A stretch of 64,000 nt of DNA from Psilocybe cubensis (Eukaryota), in contig CM039003.1 of assembly GCA_017499595.2 (NCBI GenBank), forward strand, positions 930,001-994,000. Reading direction: 5' to 3'. Below are positions 63,912-64,000 of this stretch, in pieces. The first letter of the stretch is position 1. Every line of letters starts with the position of its first letter. A model generated the notes under the pieces. It had not been told where the DNA came from. It searched no databases and was given only the letters and a program-made list of their open reading frames with translations. Both the position numbers and the translations under genes were made by a program.

Positions 63912-64000
63912 AAATGTTTCGACCCTGTCATGTCAACTTCGGGATGAGGGTACTCACATATCACGAATTTCTTGCTTCGTTGCAGGGCGACCTTCATATC

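Overview
Intron-rich fungal DNA. Short GT-AG introns with CTRAC branch sites and the gene content point to an agaricomycete basidiomycete (inference). Host genes: carnitine O-acetyltransferase, an EBP-family protein, a small secreted Cys-rich protein, a full-length PDR/ABCG transporter, mitochondrial processing peptidase beta, a second PDR transporter (pseudogene), a family III CoA-transferase, a multi-TM protein, pectin methylesterase, Aurora kinase, a cytochrome P450 and two short FunK1-kinase-like paralogues. Two things stand out. (1) At 3.7-6.5 kb, a region with no long ORF holds four long introns (398-626 nt). Each encloses one copy of a related structured RNA with compensatory base changes, ending 75-82 nt before the 3' splice site: a candidate undescribed intron-encoded ncRNA family in a non-coding host transcript. 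(2) A 16,377-bp KDZ-type DNA transposon (26088-42464) sits in an exon of the second ABC transporter. It has a perfect 8-bp target-site duplication, symmetric end motifs, a 233-bp subterminal tandem array, four cargo genes (one with two RNase H1 hybrid-binding-like domains), a nested Mutator-type MITE and a nested ~1-kb inverted-repeat element with two decayed tRNA-like sequences. All calls are by eye from the sequence; no database searches were run.
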